A program made the position numbers and the translations under genes. From NCBI GenBank assembly GCA_964016885.1, contig OZ024743.1, forward strand, positions 158,658,001 to 158,722,000: DNA of 64,000 bases. The letters run 5' to 3'. Numbering within the stretch: position 1 is the stretch's first letter; each line of letters starts with the position of its first letter. This DNA is from Eledone cirrhosa (lineage: Eukaryota). Under the pieces are notes generated by a model. That model saw only the letters and a list, made by a program, of their open reading frames with translations, did not search any database and had not been told where the DNA came from. Below are positions 13,893 through 26,131 of the stretch, in pieces.

Positions 13893-15100
13893 TCATCATC
13901 ATCATCATCATCACCGTTTTACGTCCGTTCTTCCACGCTAGCATGGGTTAGACGGGTTGTCCTGTTGTGGGCAGTGTCTGGTCGGCTGACCATGCCTTGC
14001 TCATACAGGAACTGATCTGGCTTGATTTCTACAGCTGGATGCCCTTCCTAACACCAACCTCATTTACAGTGAGTGCTGGGTGCTTTTTCGTGGCGCCTAC
14101 ACGTCCACTTTACAGTGTGGGCTGGGTGCTTTTTTGCCGTGGCACCTCCACGACCACCTTGCGGTGGGGGGGGGGGCATATTGTTTATATGCTTCAGCAT
14201 GTACCCATGGGAGGTCGGGTACCCTGTATTACTGCGTGACGCCAGAAGTCACGGTCGTGTGTCATTGTCTTTGAGAGGTGTAATTGGGTAAGGTCGGCTT
14301 TTATCACCTCATCCCAAGTCATCTTGGGTCTCCCCACTCCGCGGTTTCCATCAACTTCTAGTGCTCTGCACCTTTTTATGCAGCTGTCATCCTTCATACG
14401 CATCACATGTCCATACCAGCGTAACCGCCTCTCCTGCACGCAGCATTTGATTCCTCTTATGCTCAGTCTCTCTCTCAATTCCTTTATGCTTTGTCGTTCA
14501 CGTATATTACTGTTACACATCCATCGGAGCATGCAGGCTTCGTTTCTCTCTAATCTACGTAAGTCTTCCACCTTCAGCGCCCAGGTCTCACTACCATGCA
14601 ACATCGCTGTTCGGATACACGCATCATACAGTCTGCCTTTCATTCTGAGGGAGAAGCCTTTTGCAGCTAGCAGTGGTAGTAGTTCCCTAAACTTCTTCCA
14701 TCCCGTTCTTACCCTAGTTATTGTACTTTCTGAGCACCCACCTCCGTTGCTAATTCGGTCACCTAGGTAGCAGAAGCTGTCTACTGTTTCTACAGGGCCC
14801 TCCCAGAGATTGGTGGTACTTGTTTCCTGTGGCTGTTTGCTTGCTGTTTCAGCACAGCTGCTGCATGTGAATCCTACATTCTTAATTAAGCTTCCTGAGA
14901 TCCCGCTACATCTCTTGTGTACCCATTGTTTGCATTTGGGGCAGAGAATGGAGTTCCTACCTACACCTTTCCTACATACTGAGCAAGGCCATTTCCCTGA
15001 GGGGATCTGGGTTCTGTTTTCTCGTCTACTTATAAGGACCTTAGTCTTTGTCATGTTGACTTTGAGGCCCTTTCTCTCTAGTCCCTGCTTCCAGGTTTGG
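13893..15100 (-). mobile_element. 5'-truncated RTE LINE (intact 286-aa RT C-terminus with PHD-like finger) joined to a bipartite non-autonomous RTE-type tail
   Basis: ORF 14194-15054: KTKV..C4HC3..FCYLGD..LHGSETW..RRLRWYGHV..GRPKMTW; 13893-14175 matches the SINE-2 body plus an RTE 3' end with (ATG)n. Confidence 0.92.
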
Positions 15101-15885
15101 AATAACTAACATAATGGCTGAATAACTAACATTTGGCTGAATAACTAACATAATGTCTAAAACTGATTCTAAAATCAGTTTTAGACATTATGTTAGTTAT
15201 TCAGTACATATCTTTGTCATAACTAATGAATATTTTCAGATTAATTGTTGGCTCTAATTTTTGAGTTATAATTATTAAATTAATCCTAGTAATTGGTACA
15301 GATTGATGAACTTAAAAAATTATATTGAAATATGAGAAAATAGATTTTGATGCATAGAAATTTGAAAATCTAGGTGATAGTTGATTTAAGATTTTTTTCT
15401 TTATAATTGTTAACTTTTTATCTTCTTTCTTTTATCTTTGAAATTAATATCATGTCTGTCATAATTATCATGATCACAAACTCTATCATTGATATCTTTC
15501 ATCTTCTCCATTGTCAACATTGTTGCTACTACTGGTGTTATTTAATGCTGTCACTGACACCACCACTACCACTACCACTAACACAAACAGTAAGAGTAAT
15601 AGTACAAATAGAAGCAACAGCAGCATTAACAACAATCTTTATCACCATCATTCTTAAATTTTCTATTTTTACAAAATATAAATCTTATTTATTATTAAAT
15701 TTAAACTGTTTTAACTTTGCTCACATGCCAATATATTTATTCAAAACATTATTGGAAGAACCAAAACACTACCTATATCTTTCCTTGGCTTCTTTAAATA
15801 TCAATTAGAAATCCTTTTGATAGTTCTATATCTAAATCTGAAAACTCATTTTCTTTTATTAATTTTGTCATCTTGTATTTTCTAG

Positions 15886-15978
15886 TGAGGAAACCATACA
15901 GCAATTGAAAGACTCTGTAAAAGAACTACAGACTAAAGTGGCAGTAGATGCTCCTTTGACCAGTACCACAAATAGCAG
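15886..15978 (+). CDS. Coding exon B (C-EETIQQLKDSVKELQTKVAVDAPLTSTTNS)
   Basis: tattttctag acceptor, AG|gtgaga donor; 93 nt, phase 2 to 2, continues the frame and coiled coil of exon A. Confidence 0.88.
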
Positions 15979-17667
15979 GTGAGATTCTTCTGGAATAGAT
16001 CATAAGTTGATCAAACAGCTTAACTTAAAGCCTTTATCAGAGAACTATATATAATGAACTTGAGAATATATTTGAAAAAGAGAGGTCGGGGGAGGGAAGG
16101 GAGGAAGGAGAGACAGACAAATAAACAGACAGAGCAAGCACAATGAGGTTTCCTACTTTCCAAATTTCTCAGGTATCAATTGTTATCAGGGAGTTTCATT
16201 GTTCATTTTTTAACTTTGAGAAATTACATTGTTTAATATTGTTTGTTAGTTGTCAATTTGTAATTTATATATATTCTTTTGGGGTAATTCTCATCTATAC
16301 ATGAATTTTAAGATGAGAATAGCTTGCTGTCTGACAATAGTTGAAGAAACCTGACTCTGAATGTTATGGAGGTATAAAGTTCAGTAAAATCAGATAAACA
16401 CAAAATTAAAGTAATTTATCTAGGAAATGAAACGTATATGATTTTGTTCATGTCAGTCTTTCTCAATGTCAAAATAATATAAAGTTTTTCGAGTTGTTCA
16501 ATTAATGCAACTACCCTCACATTGATTTATAGTGTCACACACACATGTAATCTTAATACAACTCCAGGCAATATCAGTGTGATAAGTTTGGCCTTTTGAA
16601 TTACTAGCACAAGTCCACCTACTTAGCTTCTACAATGTTTTCGTCTATCTACATCCACTCACAAGGCTTGAGTTGACCCGAGTTATTTGGAGAAAACATT
16701 TTCTCAAGGTACTAGGCAATAGGGATTAAACCTGTGACTTTGTGATTGTGAAGAAAATTTTTTAACCTTTCAACCAAACACACACACACATGTGTATGTG
16801 TGTATCATCAACAAACATCTGCTTTCCATGCTGGTATAGGTTAGATAGGTCATTGTGTTGGTAGTCAGTTCTAATTTGGAGTTACCAGTTCTCCTAGTTG
16901 TGTTGGTAGACCATATTTCACTCATAAATACCAATTTTTGGCATGGTTGAATGTTATGTCAATAGTACTAGAGAAGTTGTTAAATCCTTGACATGACTAA
17001 AGAGTTCTACATTGTGTATGTTTGGCCATCAACCAAGGTGTTGAAATGGCTGAGTCATTAGAATATAAAATAAAATCCTTTCCAATATTCATTCTAATAC
17101 TCTGTGTTCAGACCCCACAGATGTCAATTTTAATGGCAACACCCCAACATGGCCACAACCTGACCTGTAGGCTGCAATAAGTAAAAGTGTAACCACTTTA
17201 TAGAGTATATTGGATGAATTTTATGATGGCACCAACACTAGAGAATTTGCCTTGTCCCCTGCAAGGATTTGTATGGTAGTTGGCACATTTTTCCTCACAA
17301 TTTTAGATTTGTTAAATCTTATTTTGCATTATGATTCATTTGATGATCACTTTTTTTACAAGAAGCCATGACATCATTCCCACTTGTTATTTAGCTAATT
17401 CCATTCACATTATCATCATCTTCATTGTTTTACATTCACTTTTCTTTGTTTGTATAAAGTGGACAAGTCTTTGTCAGCACAACATCCCTTCACCTGTTGT
17501 GGTCTTTTGTCATCTTTTCTGTGGGCTTCACCTATTTAAAATCACCTGCCACAACCTCTGTTGAAGGTTTCCTTGGTCTCCCTCTACTGCAGTTTTCTTC
17601 CACATTTATAAATTAAAAGAACACTCTTCATGTTTTTGATAATTCTTTTTTTTTTCTTTGTCCCCAG

Positions 17668-17717
17668 TACAATGGCTCCCCTAACCATTAATATTGATAA
17701 AGCAGCAACTGCCAAAG
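17668..17717 (+). CDS. Coding exon C (S-TMAPLTINIDKAATAK)
   Basis: Long T tract + ccccag acceptor, G|gtaaga donor; 50 nt, phase 2 to 1. Confidence 0.82.
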
Positions 17718-18807
17718 GTAAGAGAATCTGTTTTTTTCCCACTATGTCTCTAGGAAGGAATGTGACTTCTTATACTGCATGAATCTACCATATCTCTCAA
17801 ACTCTGGCTGATGAATGTCAACATTTTGGTTTACAAGGGTTCCAGAATATCCTTATTTCAGCTAGTTTACTCCAAATGATAGTGATATTCAATAGGCAAG
17901 GTGAATTAAGTATTTTGCCCAAGGCTTCAATGAAATACACGATACTGATATTTTGCCAACCTCTGCCACTACACAATGCACAGTCAAACATACATATGCC
18001 TGCACACACACATGCACATTCACACAAATATGCTTGTACACACAGATATGCATGCACAAACAAGGTCGCTCACACACATGCACACATACACGTTTGCTCA
18101 CACACTTGCACAGGTATACACACACATGTGGTAAGCTTCAACACAGTTTCTGTACAGTAAATTTTACTTAAAAGACATTGGTCAGCCTGAAGTTAAAGTA
18201 GAGGACACTCGCCCAGACTACTGAGTGTATCTTATTGTGGGACCAGCACTAGGGAGTTTCACATATCTTTGACACAGCTGAAGAGTTCTCCTAGCCATTT
18301 GTTTGTCAGATTATATATATATATATATATTAACTTTTATGACTCATGAAATGTTGAAAGTATTTGAAATTTGAAAATCTGAATGCATCAACTCAGTAAA
18401 AGACTTATTACAGTCATTTTCTGTGTTAGGATGCTTAAATTTTCAAATATTTATACATAAATCTATGTAGAGCAATTACCAACAATTTGTTTCAACATTG
18501 ACAAATGTAACAAATGCACACTCATAGACATTGAACAATCAGAAATACAAACATAGAATAAGTTACATTGCATGACCCTAACTCACATATAAACAGTTGA
18601 GCCATTGAGTGAAATACATGGTGGTCACAGCTGGAACACCTTTGATCATAGGTCTACTAAAGCTGAGGTGACATGAAGCTAAATTAAAAGAAGAAGGAGG
18701 AGGAGAAGAAGTGTTTTGTTTTTAAATACCCTTATTTTTTTTCTAACAAATTAAATTGAATATTGATTAATTTCTGATGTCCATATTTTTTGGCTTCTTT
18801 TCTTCAG

Positions 18808-18857
18808 AAAATGGGGAAGTGCTTTCTCCCCTTGAGACTGTAGCTGAATGTGAGCAA
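18808..18857 (+). CDS. Coding exon D (E-NGEVLSPLETVAECEQ)
   Basis: ttttcttcag acceptor, CAA|gtaagt donor; 50 nt, phase 1 to 0. Confidence 0.85.
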
Positions 18858-18938
18858 GTAAGTATTCAAAAGACTGCCATTAATTCAGGGAAGGGTGGGT
18901 AAAACACATGAATTTTGCAGTCACACCACCATCCAGAT

Positions 18939-19548
18939 CAAGGCTTCTCAAACCTTTTCCTTGATAGACCCCTTGTAACAACATTTAACTTCTATTTGCC
19001 TACATCAAATTAATTGAATACAAAATTACAAAACATAATTATTTTCCAAGTGTTTATAACAACTTACATGAAAAAGGAATCAGTAGACTATCAGGCATTC
19101 TGCTAGATGTATGATATATTGTAGCAGGTCTACATAGAATAGCAAATTTTGTTCTTTCATTATTTCATGCATGGTCCTGTAACTCCTGAAGGAGTCGCAG
19201 AGGCATTTTTCAACATGGTGGAGCCCTTCTCTCTCTAGGTCTGAATACAGCAGTCTTCTTCCAGAAAAGGATAGAGAGTGAGAGAGAGGAAGTAAGAGAG
19301 AGATACAGAGGAATGATTGATCCCAGTATTAGACTGGTACTTTTTTTTATTGACCTCGAAAGGATGAAAGGCAATGTTGACCGTGGCAGGATTTAAACTT
19401 TGCCAATTCGTTGCCTCTTCCATTATTAAGGAATTATTAAATGCAAACTTAGTAAATTCATTCCCTTTAACCTCTTAAGCTATTATTTGCCCCTGCACAA
19501 ATTTTATTCACCACTAGGAGTCTATATGGACCACTGTGAGAAGCCTTG
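18939..19548. mobile_element. Old hAT (Charlie-like) non-autonomous element containing a SINE remnant
   Basis: TIRs caaggcttctca / tgagaagccttg; flanks atccagat and ttctatac both resemble NTCTAGAN. Confidence 0.6.
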
Positions 19549-19871
19549 TTCTATACTAAAGAAATTGAATATTGATTTTGACTTCCCGGAAATAGCAACT
19601 ATATTTGCCTCAAATCACATCATAGATAGCAGGATTTAAACTTTGCCAATTCGTTGCCTCTTCCATTATTAAGGAATTATTAAATGCAAACTTAGTAAAT
19701 TCATTCCCTTTAACCTCTTAAGCTATTATTTGCCCCTGCACAAATTTTATTCACCACTAGGAGTCTATATGGACCACTGTGAGAAGCCTTGTTCTATACT
19801 AAAGAAATTGAATATTGATTTTGACTTCCCGGAAATAGCAACTATATTTGCCTCAAATCACATCATAGATA
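19386..19871. repeat. 243-bp tandem duplication, no differences seen
   Basis: 19386-19628 repeated at 19629-19871. Confidence 0.95.
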
Positions 19872-20089
19872 CACTGTGTTTGAAAAATACAAAGAAAATA
19901 AATGCAGAATGATCACAGGTGGCCTTTTGATTATAGGTCAGCTTATGGTGAACATTGGATATTGATGTTGGGTAGATTAGTGGTAAACATTGGAAGTTGG
20001 GTTGATTAATGCAGAACAGTACATGTGGAGATTAGTGAATAGAAGCTACTCTAATTTTTCATTCATCATGAGTGGTGATATCTAGATAA

Positions 20090-20734
20090 TCTATATATAT
20101 ATAAAAGAAAGATGTTTATTGGTTGGTTGGTTTGTTTGAATCACACGAAAACTACACAGATCTAAGGAGAGAGATAGGCCGTTATACAGAGAGATACAAT
20201 TAAAGTGTTAGATATTCAGAAAGAGGGAGTAACGTCCCACGAAAGACTAGAAACAGCTTAAACTATAGATCCTTTGATCTATAGGAAGGTTTAACAATAT
20301 TGTGTTAGCTTTTATAAAGTCGTTTTAGTCTTTGATTTTACAGAACAAAGAAAAATTGATACTATTTGAAATTAATCTACCCTCCAGCTTTTATCCATAT
20401 ACTATTTACAGTCCGTACTAACGAAGCAACACTTCAGAAGCAATGTTATGCGGTATATTGCTGTGTTTCAGATGACGTCCTTTGGAACCGAAAAAGAGCA
20501 TACTGACTATGGTTATTTCACAACATTTAAAATCCAAGGCCAATGCTACCATTTAATCAGTAGTTTACTCCCTCAGCCTAATAAGGAAGTTTTATGATTG
20601 TTTTTGTTTATCTGTCTCTCACACACTCACACACACGCACACACATTACGGTCTCACCTCATACCAGACAACACATCCAATACAGTCGTTTTCTCTTAAC
20701 TGTACTCCTGGCCAAAGCTGGGTACCTCAGCATG
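20090..20734 (+). mobile_element. Non-autonomous Helitron-like element (intronic, decayed)
   Basis: A|TCTATATATATATAAAAG start; ends cctggccaaagctgggtacctcagcatg|T, a degenerate hairpin + CTAG. Confidence 0.7.
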
Positions 20735-20823
20735 TAAAATATAAATGTAATTAGATCATGGAAATTATTGAATTGTTATTTATTGTTGTTGTTATCATTC
20801 AAATTTTTTTCTTTTATTCACAG

Positions 20824-20923
20824 CCACTTAAGCAAATAGCTGAAGATCATCCTAGTGTCACATTGCGTTCTGCTTCAATGACAGAAAGTCTCAGTTCAGT
20901 GGATGCTGCTTCTAAATCTTCAG
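20824..20923 (+). CDS. Coding exon E (PLKQIAEDHPSVTLRSASMTESLSSVDAASKSS)
   Basis: ttttattcacag acceptor, CAG|gtaaga donor; 100 nt, phase 0 to 1. Confidence 0.87.
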
Positions 20924-21099
20924 GTAAGATACTTTGATGGTTCTTTTAGGAGAGTCTTAAATAAAATTTCATGTTCCTCATAGCGCTATTCTGGAAAAAA
21001 GGAGATTTAAAAAATCGAAAGTGTCTAGGAGAATAGATACTCCAAATAAATACTGATACAGTGTGGAGAGGACTCTTGAGTCCAGTTAAACAACCTCTC

Positions 21100-21583
21100 T
21101 TGTGCTGGTGGTACGAATAATGCACCCAGTTCACACAGTAAAGGGGTTGGTGATAGGAAGGGTATCCAGCCAGAAAAACCCTGCCAAAAATCTGACTAGC
21201 ATGACAAATATTTTCACTAAATGCCTATACAAGGCTAACACTTGTGTAAATGTGAAAGAAAGGCAGGGTTTGGATGAACTGAGGGAGAAGCTGGATTTAA
21301 GAGGAATCCAAAGTGGTGTGCAGGAGAGAAGACTGTGTTGGTACAGACATGTAATGCACATGGATGATGAGTGAAGAAGTGCCAGTGGAAGGAAGCTGCA
21401 GTAGAGGTAGACTGAGAAAGACCTGGGCACAGATGGTGAGAGCTGACCTCAAATTGCTGAGACTCACAGAGGAGATGACAAAGAAACGCAGTGAGTAGAG
21501 TGATGCTGTGCTAAGAAGGACCCGTCCAACCCATGAAAGTGTGGAAAAATGGACATAAAAATGATGATGATGAAGATGATGAA
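21100..21583 (+). mobile_element. Internally deleted RTE element (5'-UTR block + ~350-bp 3' end)
   Basis: gcacccag..ttggtgataggaagggtatccagcc then VQERRLCWYRHV region and taaaaatgatgatg tail. Confidence 0.82.
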
Positions 21584-22469
21584 TGACATTTCAGCTACGG
21601 CTAAATCTTATGTTGTAAAAATGCTTCTAAGATTTTATTGTATTAACAATAAAAGATTAAAAGCCTTTCTACAAGCAATAAAAAAAACTATATCAACAAT
21701 ATGAACTGGGGAAAATACCTGAAGGGAGTATTCAACATGCTAAATATAGACATGGTAGAATCTCAGGGTTGAAAAGCTATGATTAATTGAGATTTTCCTT
21801 ACAATTAGAAAACAAAAAAATGCCTTTAGGAATGTTTAAAATTTAATGACAATAAACTGATATTCTAATGATATCAGCTAATTCAAAGTCTTAGAAAATG
21901 AAGACAATAGACAGAATCTTATCTTTTAAGCTAATTGGTGAAGAAACAGACCAGTTTAGATCTTGTTAGATCTCTTCAGTGAAGCATATTGAACTCAATT
22001 GGCAAGGCTTAGAAATGGTCAGTCTATATAGAAATATAGAGAAACTACTACTACTATTACAGTGATCACTTGCCATAAAGTATGGTTTTCTAGTATTACT
22101 CAAGCTTCTACTAAGGGTTTTATGCTTAGGTGCCCATGCAATTGCAGGCAGACACAGACACCCTTGCTCCTGTGATCCAGTGGAAGATCCAGGATGTGGT
22201 ATCTGGAAGGAGGGAGAAAGAGAGAGAGGGATGGAGCTGCACCAGTACTGGGTTGATACTTAATTTATTGATCCCAAAAAGATGAAAAACAAAGTGGACC
22301 ACAGAGGGATTTGAATGCAGAATGCAGAGACAAAGAACACATATCCAATGCTCAAACGACTCTGCCAAATAGAGAAAGTAGTGACACTGATTATGAATAA
22401 CAACATTATGGCTAAATGAAAATACTTCATGAGAGCATTTTATATGCTAATTACATGTATACTAAGATC

Positions 22470-23900
22470 TCTTCTTTACCCACTTATTCCTGTGAGGGTC
22501 GTGGGGGAAGAGTCCTTAAACACTCCTTCCAGCAGGTCTTGTCAGAAGCAACCATCTCCAGCTGATCCAGCTGGATTCCCAAGCGACACCAGCCAAGCTC
22601 TTGCATGTTTTTCAGCCATCTTGCCTGGGGCCTATACCTTGGTTACCTGCCGGTTGGTTTTGCCCATAAAATCTGCCCAGTGATTCCTGAGACATTCTAA
22701 CCACATGCCCATAGTATCGGAGTTGTGATCTCTCTGAGTGAGTCTCTGATCTCTGAGTTATGTACTCTATTGAGTAACGTTAGTCCAAAGACCCCTCGGA
22801 GGAACCCTATTTCGGCTGCTTGTATTCGTGATCATATTCTTTCAGTCATTACCCAAGATTCCTGACCATAGGTAAAGGTTGGCATGAATACCGAATTGAA
22901 GATAGCGAGTTTGGCTTTTACACCTACCTCCCTTCTGATTCCTGAATGCTGAAGCTGGCACATTACTACACCAGCTCCTGCAATTCTTGCACTTAATTCA
23001 GCCTCCTGCCTTCCATCACTCATGTACACGGCTCTTAGATACATGAACTTCTCTACCTGCTTCAGTGGAACTTCATTTACATGTAGGACGAGTGTCTTGG
23101 TTTTTGCAGCACTGATTTTCATTCCAGCCATGCAGCACTTGGCATCAAACTTATTGAGTGCAAGTCAGGGATCACCTGTTGAGTTAAGTAACACTATGTC
23201 GTCTGCAAATTCCAGCCGACTAATTTTACACCCAGCTGCACATATCAATCCTGTTCATGTAAATAAGGAACAGGAAAACTGACAGTATGCACCCTTGGTG
23301 GAGTCCAAATCCCACATTGAATGGTTTTGATTTAGCACCATTTATCCGAACACAAATACTCGGGCATTCGTATAGAGACATCAGGGCAGCAAGAAGCTGA
23401 CCATCAATCCCATATTGCTGCAGAACCTTCCACAGCATGTTCCAAGAAACGCAGTCATATGCCTTTTAAACGTCGACAAAACAAGAATATACTTCTTGGC
23501 AATGCTCCCACGATTTCTTGAAGACCTGCTACAGTGTGAATATTTGGTCAGCTGTGCTGGGTCCACAGCGAAAACCACACTCTTTATTAGCTAGCTTGGA
23601 CTTGACAATCTCTCTGCATTTCTTTGCCAGGCACTCAGCATAGACTTTATTGGGGAGGCATAACAAGGAGATCCCTCTGTAATTGGAACAATCTCTCTTG
23701 TCTCTATTTTGAAAATTAGGATTATCATTCCTGATTGCCATTGCTTAGGTGCCTTTCTAGAGATCTAGTCACCTGGCACACACACGTCAGCCAGAGAATA
23801 CTTTCTCTATTTAAGGCTTTTTTAACATCTTGGGCCAGATTTCATCTTCCCCAGTGGCCTTGCCACATTTGAGGTCTTTAACTGCTCATTGCTAGTTTTT
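22470..23900 (-). mobile_element. Decayed RTE LINE of a second subfamily (Rex3/Expander-like RT), no PHD insert
   Basis: CSNYRGISLL, GFR..STADQIF, GLHQGCILS, FADDIV, KTK..KFMYL, TYGQESW across frameshifts. Confidence 0.88.
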
Positions 23901-24148
23901 GCAGCATGAAATGGAGACTGCAATATATTATTTGAATAGGCCCTTCTAACTAAGGCTTCAATGTGTCCCTTGTTAACCTACACGAAGGACAATGTGATAT
24001 AGTTCTTTTTTGTTTTCTTCATCATATTTCAGTTTCAGTGATCTTATTCGCACCAGTCACCAATCTGGTACTTTGTCGAACCTGTCAAGACTAGGCTTTT
24101 TAGAGGCAGCCTTTACTCATCAGAGAACAATAATGTATATATGGAAAT

Positions 24149-24218
24149 CAGTGCATTACTGATAAAATAAAGTACCAGTAATGCACTGGGTAATTGCTGG
24201 CCTTGTGCCTAAAGTAGA
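24149..24218 (+). mobile_element. 5'-truncated SINE 1 with 13-bp inverted 5' segment and ~23-bp TSD
   Basis: aacaataatgtatatatggaaat at 24126-24148 and 24219-24241; cagtgcattactg is the reverse complement of 24176-24188. Confidence 0.85.
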
Positions 24219-24265
24219 AACAATAATGTATATATGGAAATGGAATTTGGGGATACTTTTATGGA

Positions 24266-24342
24266 CCTTACAGGTGCGATAAAATAAAGTACCAGTAATG
24301 TAATGGGTTATTGCTGGCCTTGTACTAAAAGTAGAAACAATT
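24266..24342 (+). mobile_element. 5'-truncated SINE 1
   Basis: gataaaataaagtaccag..gctggccttgt..gtagaaacaatt. Confidence 0.85.
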
Positions 24343-24550
24343 AGTTGCTTTTTAAAATCACTAGTGTATGCAAGGGAGGCAACTCTGCTGGCGAAACTTG
24401 CATTATGAAGTAATGAAACAAGGTTGAAAACTGGTCCTGAGGCAGCAGCATATAGTTAGAAAAGCCAAATATAGATCTTAAGATCATGTAGTTGAAAAAG
24501 TTGGCTTTTACATTAGGATGTTAAGTCTTTTTTATTTTAAGTGTTTAAAT

Positions 24551-24719
24551 GGACTCTGCCAGCAGGTTCATTGTTCATGTTTTCTGGAAACCTGATGCAT
24601 GCAGACGAGTTGGGAGACCAACCACAACACTGAAGGATATTCTGGAAGATGACACCGGGCTGGAGGTAGTGGAAATTCAGACGGCAATTCTAGACAGGGA
24701 TAGCTGGAGGAGGGACTTC
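24551..24719 (+). mobile_element. Short RTE/RTEX-type LINE 3' fragment with 5' inversion
   Basis: Matches 60040-60125 (FWKPD..RRVGRPTTTLKDILEDDTGL); TSD gtttaaat at 24543-24550 / 24720-24727. Confidence 0.8.
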
Positions 24720-24967
24720 GTTTAAATATTCCAATATAAATTACTGTTAATAAAATGGTAATTTTTTAGACTATCAATCTCATTTTTAGAGATGAAAAAT
24801 AATGTGCCATTTAAATCTATACTATGTTCTGATTGGTTTGATCAATACATTGTGTATACATAAATATTTGATTATGTTTTATCTCTAAAAGTAAAGTTTA
24901 TAATCCTAAAAATATTACCTTATTGATTATTTCTTTTACTTTTTAACTTTTTAAAAAACTTTTTCAG

Positions 24968-25602
24968 ATGCCCCATTGTCACCTAACAGTGACCGACTGC
25001 ACTCTTTGATTGCCAAGTATCGTAACCCTGGTGAACCGCCCGCCAGTCCTGATCGGGGTCGTGTCGGTGGAAGACCGCATTCTATTGGTCCAGGCAGCTC
25101 CTTTAGTGGCATGAGCAGAATCTTGGGATTAACAACCCCGAAACCATTCTATCTCAGTAGTGGTGGGGCCAAGTTCAATCGTATTTCTGGTACCACTTCG
25201 GCTATAAGTGGAGGACCGAGTTCCACAAGCAGTGAGCCAAGTTCTGATCTCCCACCTCCTGCTTCATCAACTACTTCCACAATGCCCTCTTCATCCTTTT
25301 TACAACCCTTGAACTCTCAAGGAGAGCCAGCCAAAACTTCCCCCTCTTCCCCACTCTTCAAAAGTCCCCCTGTTCCCCCTCCTCGTCCTGCCTCACGGCC
25401 TTCCAGCGTTCATAGCCCCATGCAGGATGTGCAGGCAGCTGCATTGAATGGCAATACTGAAATGCGATCAGCCAGCCCCAAACTACTACCAAAACCACAA
25501 CAGCGACAACAACAACAGCCACAAGAACACCAACCAGCACCAGATCCAGTTGCCAATAATGAAATTGAAGAAGTCAGGGCCAATATGATAGTAGATGTCT
25601 AG
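24968..25602 (+). CDS. Terminal coding exon F: Ser/Pro-rich disordered tail with PPVPPPRP motif, ending ...ANMIVDV*
   Basis: tttttcag acceptor, phase 1 joins the frame of the 208-aa ORF 24976-25602; the six exons sum to 1071 nt = 356 codons + TAG. Confidence 0.9.
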
Positions 25603-26131
25603 AAATTTACTTGCTTCCAGAGTCCTTTAAACTCTGTTTTATTTTTTTTTCTTTATTTTTTTCTTTTGTTTTCTCCCTTGTATATGTGTGTTTTTCTTTA
25701 TTGTTTTTTTTTTACTTAAATTACCTCCATCCCACTTCTTTTAAATATTCTGTATACTTCTCTTAAAAACCTATAGTTGTTCAATGAAGATGACAGTCAC
25801 CTGACAGGTGATATACACTACCTAAGTAGCAGCAGTATATTTTCGATAAATGAAGACCACATGGAATAATTTTTTTTTCGTTTTGATTTTGTTAATACTT
25901 TCTCTCTCCTTTCTCTTTCCCTTCCATCACTTCTTCCCAATACCATTTACTCTCATTTCTACATCTCAATTAAACCATTCACACATAACTTAATAATCAA
26001 AACGAATCACCCAATTAACTTGCCAATTTTATCATGTTCAAATTATACATTTTAAGATTTTCAACAATTTCCTATGGTACAGTCAGCCCTATAATTGTCC
26101 ATGTACAGTTTTTTCTTGTGTAGCAGCATTC

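Noticed and set aside
14324-14770. 148-aa and 189-aa (44064-44633) plus-strand ORFs
   Set aside because: Antisense shadows of the RTE ORF
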